Assembly: GCA_034520965.1 (NCBI GenBank)
Contig: JAXHMY010000008.1
Coordinates: forward strand, 96,001-160,000
Direction: 5' to 3'
DNA length: 64,000 nt
Source: Spirochaetia bacterium
GTDB taxonomy: Bacteria > Spirochaetota > Spirochaetia > DSM-16054 > Sediminispirochaetaceae
Positions within the stretch are counted from its first letter, which is position 1. Every line of letters starts with the position of its first letter. Below are positions 40,110-54,575 of the stretch, piece by piece. The notes below the pieces were generated by a model that searched no databases, was not told the origin of the DNA, and was given only the letters and a program-made list of their open reading frames with translations. The translations under genes and the position numbers were made by a program.

Positions 40110-40685
40110 ATGAATTTACCTAATACCTTAACCGTTATTCGAATCATATTGGCACCGGTTTTCTTTGTAGCTTTTTTCTTTCCTGAATGGACAGGTGCCG
40201 GACACATAGCCTCGCTCATTGTGCTGGTAATCGTGTTTGTGGTGATGGAAGTGTCCGATTTTCTTGACGGATATTTTGCCAGTAAATATAAGATGGTAAC
40301 TGATATAGGAAAAGTAATTGATCCCTTTGGGGATGTGATGAGCAGAATGACCTATTTTTTCTGTTTTACCCTTATAGGTCTCATGCCGGCCTGGATTTTT
40401 CTGATTCTGTTGTATCGAGAGCTTGGAATTACCTTCCTGCGTATGTTGATGATTCGTCGCGGAATTGCTATGGCTGCCTCGGTATGGGGTAAAGCAAAGG
40501 CTGTAACCTATGCCGCCGGCGGGGTACTCGGCTTGTTATATACAATAAGTATACGGTTTGATCCAAGCCTTGGGTTTCTTCCTTCTTTGAAAGCTTTTAC
40601 CCTCGCTGTGTTTATTCTCGGGGCGATCTCTTCAGTCCTCTCTTTTCTCACCTATATTCGTACAGCCGCTTCCGATCTGAGGTAA
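40110..40685 (+). CDS. pgsA: CDP-diacylglycerol--glycerol-3-phosphate 3-phosphatidyltransferase
   Basis: MNLPN.LT..R, SDFLDGYFA.....VT..GK..DP..D. Confidence 0.88.
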   Translation: MNLPNTLTVIRIILAPVFFVAFFFPEWTGAGHIASLIVLVIVFVVMEVSDFLDGYFASKYKMVTDIGKVIDPFGDVMSRMTYFFCFTLIGLMPAWIFLILLYRELGITFLRMLMIRRGIAMAASVWGKAKAVTYAAGGVLGLLYTISIRFDPSLGFLPSLKAFTLAVFILGAISSVLSFLTYIRTAASDLR

Positions 40686-40688
40686 ACC

Positions 40689-41495
40689 ATGAACAGGACA
40701 GCCTTACAACCGGTCTCACAACTACATGGAGATGCGCGCAAGATACGTTTTGTGCTTACAGATATTGATGATACTTTGACCGACGAGGGAAAGCTTGCAG
40801 CGGAAACCTACGCCGCATTGTGGGAACTGTATACACAGGGCTTTATTATCATCCCGGTTACGGGCCGTCCCGCCGGCTGGTGCGATATGATAATTCGGCA
40901 ATGGCCGGTCCATGCGGTGGTGGGAGAAAACGGTGCCTTTGTATATTATACGGTACAGGACGGAAGTCTGTCGCGAATTAAAACCCTTTTTCACCCGGAG
41001 ATAGCCCAAAAGGATCCGCAAGGGCAGCTGCAGAAGCTTCGGGAGAAGGTGCTCGCAGAGATACCCGGCACCCGAATAGCAAGGGATCAGCCGGGACGGC
41101 AATTTGATTTAGCGATTGATTTTCGGGAAGATCCCCCTGACCTGGGTTTTGCTGTAGCCGAACAGATTAAGAAACTATGTGAGGCCGAGGGGGCCATGGC
41201 AAAGGTCAGCTCCATCCATGTAAATGCGTGGTACGGGAACTACGACAAATTATCGATGACAAAACATTTTTTTGACACACAGTTCGGTCTCTCCGACGAG
41301 GATATTCGCAGGCAAGTGGTCTTCTGTGGCGATTCTCCAAATGATCAGCCGATGTTCGAGTTTTTTCCCTATTCATGTGGTGTTGCCAATGTCATGAGTA
41401 TGATTGACCACATCTCCTTTCCACCGACTTATGTAACTAAAAAAGCCGGCGGAGCCGGCTTTGTGGAGTTGGCAGAGATTCTGTTGGAAGGTTAA
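40689..41495 (+). CDS. HAD-IIB family hydrolase
   Basis: DIDDTLT, VTGR, GENGA, SSIHVN, GDSPND. Confidence 0.88.
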   Translation: MNRTALQPVSQLHGDARKIRFVLTDIDDTLTDEGKLAAETYAALWELYTQGFIIIPVTGRPAGWCDMIIRQWPVHAVVGENGAFVYYTVQDGSLSRIKTLFHPEIAQKDPQGQLQKLREKVLAEIPGTRIARDQPGRQFDLAIDFREDPPDLGFAVAEQIKKLCEAEGAMAKVSSIHVNAWYGNYDKLSMTKHFFDTQFGLSDEDIRRQVVFCGDSPNDQPMFEFFPYSCGVANVMSMIDHISFPPTYVTKKAGGAGFVELAEILLEG

Positions 41496-41496
41496 G

Positions 41497-42543
41497 CTAG
41501 TTATATACCGGCATCAGAAACAAATTCTGTACCACAAACAGCAGAATATAGGCAATCAAGCCGGAGGTGATTGGAGTGGTGACCCATCCGATACTAATCC
41601 TTCCCAGTACTCCAAAGTTGATATTGCGTCCCCCCTTAGCAAGTCCGATCCCGATCACCGCACCAACTACCGCCTGGGAACTGGAGACGGGTACTAGGGG
41701 AAAAGTGGGAAGCCCTCGTGAGGCAAGCCAAAACTCGAGGCTTTCAGAGGCAAATAGAAACAGGACCGCAGAGCTTGCCAGCACTACCACCAGGGCGGCC
41801 ACTGGAGAGAGCTTATACAAATTTGAGCCGACGGTTTCCATCACTTTGTGGGAATAGGTAATAATGCCGGCTGCAATTGCCAGCCCTCCCAATAGAAAGA
41901 GCTTCTGGGCACTGGAAAAGGAAAAATTCAATATTTCGGTTGTCTCGAAGGGGGATATCGACACAAAAACCCCCATTACGTTGGCAATGTTGTTTGCCCC
42001 TAAACTGTAGGCACCGAAAGCACCTACCACGATTAACGCCAAACGGGTGTAGGCATCCAGTCTTATGATGCTGCAGCGCATACGTGAGACTCCGAAGCGG
42101 AAAATATAAAAGAACAGGAAAGCGAATAGAGCCGACAACAGAGGACAGAGCACCCAGGTAGTGACAATTTTGGTGAGTGAGGAATAATTGGTGGGTAGAT
42201 TCGCGTATAGGTTCCATCCTATGATCGCCCCGACAATGGATTGAGAAGTGGATACCGGCAGTTTAAGGCGAGTCATCCAGAGTACTGTTAAAGCGGCGGC
42301 CAGAGCTACCGTAAAGGCCCCGGGAAGGGCATTGACCGCACCCAACTTGCCAAGGGTTTCCGTCGCGCCGGCTCCGCTGATTACTGCACCAAGGATGACG
42401 AAGATGCTTCCAACTATGGCCGCTGTGCGGAACTGGATCATCTTGGTGCCGACGGCAGTGCCGAAGATATTGGCCGCGTCGTTTGCACCGAGTGACCACC
42501 CTAAAAATAGACCGCTTGAGAGTAAAAAAAACAACTGGAACAT
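41497..42543 (-). CDS. PiT-family inorganic phosphate transporter
   Basis: GANDAAN, LPVSTSQS, GANNIAN, PVSSSQA. Confidence 0.92.
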   Translation of the reverse strand: MFQLFFLLSSGLFLGWSLGANDAANIFGTAVGTKMIQFRTAAIVGSIFVILGAVISGAGATETLGKLGAVNALPGAFTVALAAALTVLWMTRLKLPVSTSQSIVGAIIGWNLYANLPTNYSSLTKIVTTWVLCPLLSALFAFLFFYIFRFGVSRMRCSIIRLDAYTRLALIVVGAFGAYSLGANNIANVMGVFVSISPFETTEILNFSFSSAQKLFLLGGLAIAAGIITYSHKVMETVGSNLYKLSPVAALVVVLASSAVLFLFASESLEFWLASRGLPTFPLVPVSSSQAVVGAVIGIGLAKGGRNINFGVLGRISIGWVTTPITSGLIAYILLFVVQNLFLMPVYN

Positions 42544-42551
42544 AACTAACC

Positions 42552-43202
42552 TCAGATAGACCTTTTGATCGAGTAGACGGATAAGCGTTCGGCAACATCC
42601 TCCGCGTCGTCAGCTAAGCCGGAGATGTAGGTAACAAAATCTCTCAGCTGTAATTTTTCAGCCAGACTGCCTATTTCCTCGGAGCGAAAAATGATTTTTT
42701 TCAATTTCTCCTCGATTCTGTCCGCCTCATGCTCATGGAAATGAACTTTGTGGATATAGTCATGGATGATATTGCTGTTCTTGAAGAAAGCACGGTTTGC
42801 CTTTACTAAACTTGAAAGGGCACTCACCGCAGATTCGGTTAATTTGAGGAAATCCGAGTTGAGGCTGTCCGGTATATTTGGATATTCGATGTCGAAATGG
42901 GAGAGCACCGTTTTGGTTGTGTCAATAACGTTGTCGGAGGTTTCGAGCAGTCCCAGGACATCCCCCCGGGATTCGGGAATCAGCATTTTTGTGTAGAGAT
43001 AGTAGCGTATCTCCCGCCGAAGACTGTCGGCCTCATTTTCCTGTTTATTTATTTGTTCTATTCTACTATGGAACTGTTCGAAATCTCCCCCAAGGTAATC
43101 CTTGATCCCGGCAGTGAAAATAAGTCCCGCCTCGGAAATTTTATCAAAAAACTGTTCGATTTCAGCTTCAATATTTTTGGCTTTGCCAAATAAGATGCTC
43201 AT
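42552..43202 (-). CDS. DUF47 / PhoU-like phosphate transport regulator
   Basis: ENEAD.LRR, EHEAD, ADDAEDVAE; paired with pit. Confidence 0.88.
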   Translation of the reverse strand: MSILFGKAKNIEAEIEQFFDKISEAGLIFTAGIKDYLGGDFEQFHSRIEQINKQENEADSLRREIRYYLYTKMLIPESRGDVLGLLETSDNVIDTTKTVLSHFDIEYPNIPDSLNSDFLKLTESAVSALSSLVKANRAFFKNSNIIHDYIHKVHFHEHEADRIEEKLKKIIFRSEEIGSLAEKLQLRDFVTYISGLADDAEDVAERLSVYSIKRSI

Positions 43203-43495
43203 TTTTAACTTTCCTCCATTTATTCAAAAAATATCTAAAATAGGCTCCGACAAAACTGCCGGAACCCGTGTAGTACATATCTAAGACTTGCATGTAAAAA
43301 ATAAATATTTAACAGAAAACTAACAAAACACTAATCGGTTATACTATCAGATAATGTAGGATTGTCAAATGAGTATAGAAGATTTAAGACCGAAAAAGGT
43401 TTTATTCCCGCATGGACGTGTCTATGGCTTGCTTCAAAGTAGCCATCTTAGCCTTGCATTAGGAAACTGTACTATGATTTATGCACTGATGAATA

Positions 43496-43608
43496 AGGGA
43501 TCTCATTTGGAAGTATATTCCAAATGTACATAGCTTTAAGATAATCTACTTATGTTAAACAAAGTACATTCGATGGAGATTTTAAAATTTCACATTGCGA
43601 TATGATTG
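43496..43608. mobile_element. degenerate copy of the 29632-29773 MITE (opposite orientation)
   Basis: Colinear similarity to all three palindromes; central TTTAAGATAATCTACTTATGTTAAA matches 23/25. Confidence 0.65.
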
Positions 43609-43697
43609 AATAATAAAGTAGTCTAAAAGTTAGTTATTGTTCATAAAGAATTAAAAGCATGCATGTGCTTTTATATATTATTAAGGAGGAAACGAAG

Positions 43698-44688
43698 ATG
43701 AAGAAAATTTTAGCCGTGTCTTTGCTGCTTATGCTAAGCCTGACAGTAGTGTTTGCAGGGGGACAACAGGAGGCAGCAACAGAGGTCGAGGAGTGCACGC
43801 AACCGTGGTCTGCTCGATACAATGTTCTGTGACGAAAATGAAGATTTGGTTGCTGATCTGCCTAAGGATGAGAGTGAATGGGCCGATCCCGATACGCTGA
43901 TCTTTGCCTATACCCCCGTGGAAGACCCGGCGGTATACCTGGATATCTGGAAGCCCTTTATGGATCACCTGTCGGACGTAACCGGACGAAAGGTACGTTT
44001 TTTCTCGGTAGACTCTTACGCCGCTCAGGTAGAGGCTATGCGGGCTGGACGTTTGCACATTGCCGGTATCTCAACCGGACCTACCCCTTTTGCTGTTAAT
44101 TTGGCTGGATATGTTCCGTTTGCCATTATGGGTGGCGAAGATGGAAAGTTTGGTTATACCCTGCAAGTCTATGTACAGGCCGATGGTGATATCTATGAGT
44201 TGTCGGATCTGGCGGGCAAGCGAGTTGCCCATACCAGTCCCACTTCAAACTCCGGAAACATGGCCCCCCAGGCATTATTCCCCGAATACGGTGTAGTACC
44301 TGGCGAAGATTACGAGATCGAATTCTCCGGAAGCCATGAAAACTCCGCCCTCGGAGTGGTAGCCGGCGACTATGATGCGGCACCGGTTGCATCGGAAGTA
44401 GTAGACCGAATGGCCGAACGTGGACTCTTCGATCCTGATGATATCCGGATCGTTTTTGAAACTGAACCCTTTCCCACCACTTCCTACGGCCATGCACACA
44501 ATCTGCATCCCGACCTGGTAGAGAAAGTCAAGGAGGCGTTTCTCTCTTATGATTTCAATGGCACTCCCCTTGGCGAAGAGTTTGGAGTAGATGGTTTTAT
44601 CGAAATTAATTACAAGGATCAGTGGAAACAGATCCGCACAATCCAAGAGCACAACGGTGTTGAATACACCTTTGAAGGTCTTGATTAG
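43698..44688 (+). CDS. phnD: phosphate/phosphite/phosphonate ABC transporter substrate-binding protein, frameshift near 43800
   Basis: SD AAGGAGG; signal MKKIL...VFAGGQQE; then RGLLD..CD...DLVAD, SYAAQVEAMRAG, SPTSNSG, SGSHENS. Confidence 0.85.
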
Positions 44689-44719
44689 GGCTAATCTTTA
44701 GAATAGTCAATGTACATAT

Positions 44720-44760
44720 ACCGGTGTCCCCATCGAAAACTGAAGGGGGCGCCGGTTTTT
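44720..44760 (+). terminator. intrinsic terminator-like hairpin after phnD
   Basis: ACCGGTGTCCCC / GGGGGCGCCGGT followed by T-run. Confidence 0.65.
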
Positions 44761-44784
44761 AGAATAATATATATGTGAGGAATT

Positions 44785-45566
44785 ATGCTTGAAATTAAAG
44801 ATCTAGTAAAAAGCTACGGTGCCGGTGAGCCGGTCTTAAAGGGGTTGAACTTTTCCACTGAGGGTAAAAAGCTAACGGCGGTTATCGGCTCCTCCGGGGC
44901 AGGTAAGAGCACCATGTTGCGATGTATCAACCGCTTAGTTACTGCGGATTCGGGGCAGATTATTTTCGAAGGGGTTGATCTACTGAAACTGCAGGGTAAG
45001 GCTTTGCAGAACGCACGTAGACAGATAGGGATGATTTTCCAGGCTTACAATTTGGTGGACCGTTTGACGGTGATGGAGAATGTCCTCTCCGGCCGTCTTG
45101 GATATGTGCCCTTCCTTCAGGGCGCCTTTCGAAAATTCCTCAGGATGATATCGATCACGCCTACCAACTGCTCACACGTGTGGGATTATCGCAGTATGTA
45201 AACCAGCGCTGTGATGAGCTCTCAGGTGGTGAGCGTCAGCGGGTAGGAGTTGCCCGAGCTCTTATGCAGAATCCTCGGATTCTGTTGGCCGATGAACCTA
45301 CCGCTTCTCTGGACCCTAAAACATCCGAACTCATCATGGAACTGATTGCCAATCTCACTGACGAGCTGCATCTTCCGGTTCTAATCAACCTGCATAATGT
45401 TGCGCAGGCCAAGTATTATGCCGCTCGTATCGTCGGACTGCGAAATGGTGTAATGGTTTTTGATGGAAAGCCGGATGAACTGACGGATGAACATCTTGAG
45501 AAGATCTATACCAGTAAGGATGAGCTGAGCGAACAACTGAACCCTGAAATGGAGACTGCAAAATGA
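44785..45566 (+). CDS. phnC: phosphonate ABC transporter ATP-binding protein, frameshift near 45140
   Basis: GSSGAGKST.LRCINRL, ENVLSGRLG; LSGGERQRVG.AR, ADEPTASLDP, NLH. Confidence 0.88.
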
Positions 45567-46384
45567 GTGGAACATCCAATACGGTTTCCGCCAATCAGCA
45601 TTACATGTGGAAAAGGCCGCATTTTATAGAGAGCCTCTGGGTTCGTATCGGCATAATGATTTTGTCGGCTGTCTATTTATTGTACGCCTTCAGTACCCTT
45701 GAGATAGACTTTGAGAGGGTTGCCCGCGGTATTCCCAGGGCTATGCAGATATTCTCCGGAGCTATACCTCCTGATTTTGCTGCCCGAGGCAGTTTGATAG
45801 TCAGCGGTTTCATTGAAAGTATCCAAATAACTTTTCTGGCAACCTTTGTTGGGGTGTTGTTGAGTATCCCCTTCGGTTTCATGGCGGCCCGAAATGTTAC
45901 CATCCTGCCGGTATACGGATTAGGCCGTACAATCGTGATTGTGGCCAGAAGTTTACACCCGGTAGTACTTGGAGTGCTGTTTGTGAAGGCGGTTGGCTTT
46001 GGTGCGGTTGCGGGAGTTTTGACTCTCTTGGTTTACACCATCGGTTTTGTGGGAAAGCTGATTGCCGAGGCTGTAGAAGAGATCAAATATGGACAAATTG
46101 AGGCAATTCGCTCCACAGGAGCCGGTTATTTCACCATTCTCATCTATGCGGTGTTTCCTCAAATCATGCCGAGGTTAATCGGACTGACTATGTATCAGTT
46201 GGATATTAACTTGCGTGCCTCCGCCGTTATTGGTTTGGTAGGTGCCGGTGGAATCGGAAGTACTCTCAATTCAGCCTTTGGTCGCTACGATTATGGAACC
46301 GCATCAGCGATTCTGATCGTCATGATCGGCTTGATCCTGATAGCAGAAACAGTCAGTGGAAAACTGCGGAGGTTTACGAGATGA
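45563..46384 (+). CDS. phnE: phosphonate ABC transporter permease
   Basis: PPD, AARN, GKL.AEAVE, INLRASAVIGLVGAGGIG. Confidence 0.9.
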   Translation: MSGTSNTVSANQHYMWKRPHFIESLWVRIGIMILSAVYLLYAFSTLEIDFERVARGIPRAMQIFSGAIPPDFAARGSLIVSGFIESIQITFLATFVGVLLSIPFGFMAARNVTILPVYGLGRTIVIVARSLHPVVLGVLFVKAVGFGAVAGVLTLLVYTIGFVGKLIAEAVEEIKYGQIEAIRSTGAGYFTILIYAVFPQIMPRLIGLTMYQLDINLRASAVIGLVGAGGIGSTLNSAFGRYDYGTASAILIVMIGLILIAETVSGKLRRFTR

Positions 46385-47208
46385 GCAAACTAACATCAGG
46401 ACCACTTAGTGAACTTACAAATGAAAGCTACCATTGGGAGCGTTATACTTTTAAGCAAAAGATAAGCCGCTATGTAGCGTTCTTTGTCGTGGCGGGGCTC
46501 CTACTGTGGACTTTTAACACCATAGATGTGTTCTGGCCATGGGTGTGGTCTGCACCGGAAGAAATCCGGGATATGGTTTCTCGGATGATGCCGCCGAATC
46601 CCTATGCGATACCGAGGATACTGCCTGTTCTGATAGAGACAATCAACATTGCCACTATCGGGACCGTTTTTGCAGTTATAATTTCACTTCCTATCGCGTA
46701 TTTTGGAGCACGTAACGTGTCTCCCAACAAAATAACCCTTGGAATTGCCCGTTTGATTATTGTTGCAACCCGTTCAATTAATACTCTTATTTGGGCCCTA
46801 CTCTTCGTAGCTATTCTGGGACCCGGTCCTATGGCCGGAGTAGTGGCGATCGGCTTTCGCTCTATTGGTTTTATGGGCAAGTTGATAGGGGAGAGCATAG
46901 AAGAGATGGACTGGGGACCTGTGGAGGCCTTGCAGTCATCGGGGTCCTCCCGTGGACACATAATAAGCTATGCGATAGTTCCGCAGGTTATGCCGACCTT
47001 CTGGGCAGTAACCATTCTACGCTGGGACATCAATATTCGTGAGTCTACCGTACTTGGTATGGTGGGTGCCGGCGGTATTGGTATGCTCTTTCAGGTAGCC
47101 ATAGACCTCTTCCGTTGGAATGATGTTTCGATGGTACTGGTATCAATAGTCGTTGTAGTGCTCTTTGGTGAGGTTGTGACAGGCCTCGTACGGCGTAAAT
47201 TGATATAG
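46381..47208 (+). CDS. phnE: phosphonate ABC transporter permease (second subunit)
   Basis: GKLIGESIEE, INIRESTVLGMVGAGGIG. Confidence 0.9.
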   Translation: MSKLTSGPLSELTNESYHWERYTFKQKISRYVAFFVVAGLLLWTFNTIDVFWPWVWSAPEEIRDMVSRMMPPNPYAIPRILPVLIETINIATIGTVFAVIISLPIAYFGARNVSPNKITLGIARLIIVATRSINTLIWALLFVAILGPGPMAGVVAIGFRSIGFMGKLIGESIEEMDWGPVEALQSSGSSRGHIISYAIVPQVMPTFWAVTILRWDINIRESTVLGMVGAGGIGMLFQVAIDLFRWNDVSMVLVSIVVVVLFGEVVTGLVRRKLI

Positions 47209-47247
47209 GGTTACAAGAAGCTCGATACTGTCGCCTACACGCATTGT

Positions 47248-47298
47248 GCATGCCCCTTTAATGATAAGCTTTTGTCAGAGAGGGGTATGTGTTTTTTT
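47248..47298 (+). terminator. intrinsic terminator after the phn operon
   Basis: CATGCCCCT / AGGGGTATG stem followed by T7. Confidence 0.65.
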
Positions 47299-47319
47299 CT
47301 CCTTTTTTTCTGGGATGTA

Positions 47320-47527
47320 TTGACAATTTAAGGGCATTCATATACCTTGACACACGTCGCAGGGAAGCAGCGATAACGGCAAAAACAGCAGATTAACTTC
47401 GCTAAACGGGCTGTCACTTAATTGACAGTTTTTTTATGCAGAGTTATACTGAAAGTTCAGCCGAGAAAAGATTTAGCTTCTATTAACCAAAAGCACTTGA
47501 CACGAGTCAGTGTAATTTGGTATAAAT
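47320..47527 (+). promoter_or_regulatory. tandem rRNA operon promoters
   Basis: TTGACA-N17-TACCTT (47320), TTGACA-N17-TATACT (47422), TTGACA-N18-TATAAA (47497); boxA-like GTTCTTTTACA near 47570. Confidence 0.7.
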
Positions 47528-47719
47528 CTTTCACGGTCGGCGGTACTGAGGTACGGCGGCCGAAGAGAAGTTCTTTTACAGATGAAATAGGGAAGGGGAG
47601 AGAAAAAGAGAGCAGGGTGCAAACCGCCCCGCGAAGCTAAGCCGTAAGGCGAGGTGGAGAGGAGCGAGTTTGAAAGATGAATTAAATAAGACTTTAGCGC
47701 CTTCGGGCGTTGAAGATAT

Positions 47720-49266
<1,547 letters not shown>

Positions 49267-49366
49267 GCTAAGAAAGGTCAGAGGCGGCTACGTCGGCTGC
49301 CTCGAAGAATTGCCTGTTAGGCCTCTCTGCTCTTAAATATCTCTCCTTCCCTATTTTAATCTGTAA

Positions 49367-49443
<77 letters not shown>

Positions 49444-49592
49444 GACTATGCAAGCCAAGGGTCAGGGTTAGATTGCCCTTCCTGGAGCATATAGTTCTTT
49501 TACAAAAGATCGCCGGTCACAGCCGCATGGAAGCGCGGCGCATCAAGATGTGTAGACACGGAGTGACATAGAGAAGGATTACAGGAAAATAT

Positions 49593-52576
<2,984 letters not shown>

Positions 52577-52674
52577 TATTTTTCAGTAATCCTTCCCTTT
52601 TCGCTGAGTGGCGAAGGGCTGCCGGCCCGACAGGCTCGGCAGCGAGCACACTCAGCGAGAAGAAAATTATTTAG

Positions 52675-52785
<111 letters not shown>

Positions 52786-52798
52786 TATTTTTTTGTCC

Positions 52799-53082
52799 GA
52801 AGGAGAAAAAAATAGCCTGGGAACCCCAGCTGCGTACCGCAGACCACGAGGTGGTCGAGGAACGCAGCGAGCCCGAAGGGAGGCTTTTTTCATTTGAAGG
52901 AGAAAAAAATAGCCTGGGGACCCCAGCTGCGTACCGCAGCACGAAGTGCGAGGAACGCAGCGAGCCCGAAGGGAGGCTTTTTTCATTTGAAGGAGAAAAA
53001 AATAGCCTGGGAACCCCAGCTGCGTACCGCAGCACGAAGTGCGAGGAACGCAGCGAGCCCGAAGGGAGGCTATTTTTATTTT
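52799..53082. repeat. three tandem copies of a 93-97 bp structured repeat
   Basis: Units start at 52799, 52896, 52989; near-identical; each is a nested inverted-repeat structure ending in a T-run. Confidence 0.93.
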
Positions 53083-53149
53083 AAATGTAATAAAATCTTG
53101 AGAAAACAGGTCTCTCCTGCTTACAATGGAGTGTAAAGGGAGGCAACTA

Positions 53150-54007
53150 ATGATAAAAACAATTTTAGCCCCGATAGATGGCTCTCCCGCCGCGTTTTCC
53201 GCATTTCAGTATTCACTTAAGTTGGCGCAAATGTTGGAGGCTGCTGTAGAAGTACTGTTTGTGGTAGACCAGCGTAAAACACAAGTACCGTTTATGTATG
53301 CAGGTGGAGCCTATGATATTACCTACGAGCGCATTTATATCCCCCCTGATCAAGAACTACGCGACTTTTATGAACGAATAAAAGCGGATCTGAATGAGTT
53401 TGCTGCCCGTTGTAATCGACGCTGTCAAGAATTAGCGGAAGGGGCCGGGGTAAGCATCACCACAAAAGTGATTGAAGGTTATCCCGCAGAAGCAATACAG
53501 AACCATGCTTTAGGCGCCGATTTACTTGTATTAGGTCGGGATGGTGAGAATGCGGGAACCAGGCAGGAGACCGTCGGTTCAACTACCGAAGAGCTGGTCC
53601 GTAAATCACCACGTCCGGTGATTGTTTGTCCTGAAGAGTTTTCTGTTCCTAAAAAGGTGCTCTTTCCTTACGATGGAAGTAGAAGTGCAGAAAATTGTCT
53701 TCAATTTTATACTGCCCATTTGAGCTATAAAATACCTAAGCTGATGTTTTTATGCGCCGAATGCGGTGATGAAAGCGAGCCTTATCGAAATGAGATAGAT
53801 TATCTAAATCAGCACAGTGCAGAGGTAAAATTGATTCAACAGGAAGATGGACCTATTAAAGCTATTGATAGCGTAGTGGAGCAGGAGATGCCGGATTTAA
53901 TCATGCTCGGTTCCCACGGGCGCAACAAGCTGGTGGATTATCTGCTTGGATCGACGACAATTCATGTGGTTCGCAAAAGTAATCTGCCTGTGTTGATAGT
54001 CTATTGA
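53150..54007 (+). CDS. universal stress protein (tandem Usp domains)
   Basis: ILAPIDGS, DLLVLG, VGSTTE.LVRKSPRPV; PYDGS, LIMLGSHG, LGSTT..V.....PVL. Confidence 0.9.
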   Translation: MIKTILAPIDGSPAAFSAFQYSLKLAQMLEAAVEVLFVVDQRKTQVPFMYAGGAYDITYERIYIPPDQELRDFYERIKADLNEFAARCNRRCQELAEGAGVSITTKVIEGYPAEAIQNHALGADLLVLGRDGENAGTRQETVGSTTEELVRKSPRPVIVCPEEFSVPKKVLFPYDGSRSAENCLQFYTAHLSYKIPKLMFLCAECGDESEPYRNEIDYLNQHSAEVKLIQQEDGPIKAIDSVVEQEMPDLIMLGSHGRNKLVDYLLGSTTIHVVRKSNLPVLIVY

Positions 54008-54077
54008 TACCAAATAGCAGTTAGTATTGCAAATTTGAAGTAACTCGATTATTCTATTCATGTTGCGAGGAGGTGAC

Positions 54078-54560
54078 ATGGCTGACGGCGAAGAAAAACA
54101 GATGCAGCTGGTTACATTCCAACTCGGGGCAGAACTATATGGTATCGATATTATGTCGGTGGACGGTATTGTTCGGGTTGAGGATGTACGGACTATTCCT
54201 AATGCTCCTGCCTATGTTGAGGGGATATTTAACCTGCGTGGAGATATAATCCCGATTATAAATTTACATAAGCGGTTTCATTTGAAACGTGCTGCACTAA
54301 GTGAAGAGGATAAACTGCTAAGCGGATTTATCATAATAGATATCAATGGTATGAAACTGGGAATGGTTATAGATAAGGTTTCGCGGGTTCTTACAGTGGA
54401 TATGAACAAAATGCAGCCGCCTCCTCAGATGATATCCGGGATCGGAGCTGAGTATATTCAGGGAGTTTTTAATCGGGAGGATGGATACCTGATAGTACTT
54501 GATATCCAACGGCTTTTCGATCCAAAAGAGCTCCAGCAACTCGGAGATATCGCAACTTAA
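54078..54560 (+). CDS. cheW: chemotaxis coupling protein CheW
   Basis: QLVTFQL..E.YGIDI, IPNAPAYVEGIFNLRGDIIPIINL; SD AGGAGG. Confidence 0.93.
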   Translation: MADGEEKQMQLVTFQLGAELYGIDIMSVDGIVRVEDVRTIPNAPAYVEGIFNLRGDIIPIINLHKRFHLKRAALSEEDKLLSGFIIIDINGMKLGMVIDKVSRVLTVDMNKMQPPPQMISGIGAEYIQGVFNREDGYLIVLDIQRLFDPKELQQLGDIAT

Positions 54561-54575
54561 TTTATTGGAGAGCCA

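Noticed and set aside
52799..53082. CRISPR array
   Set aside because: Units are near-identical over their whole length with no unique spacers, and there are no cas genes in the window
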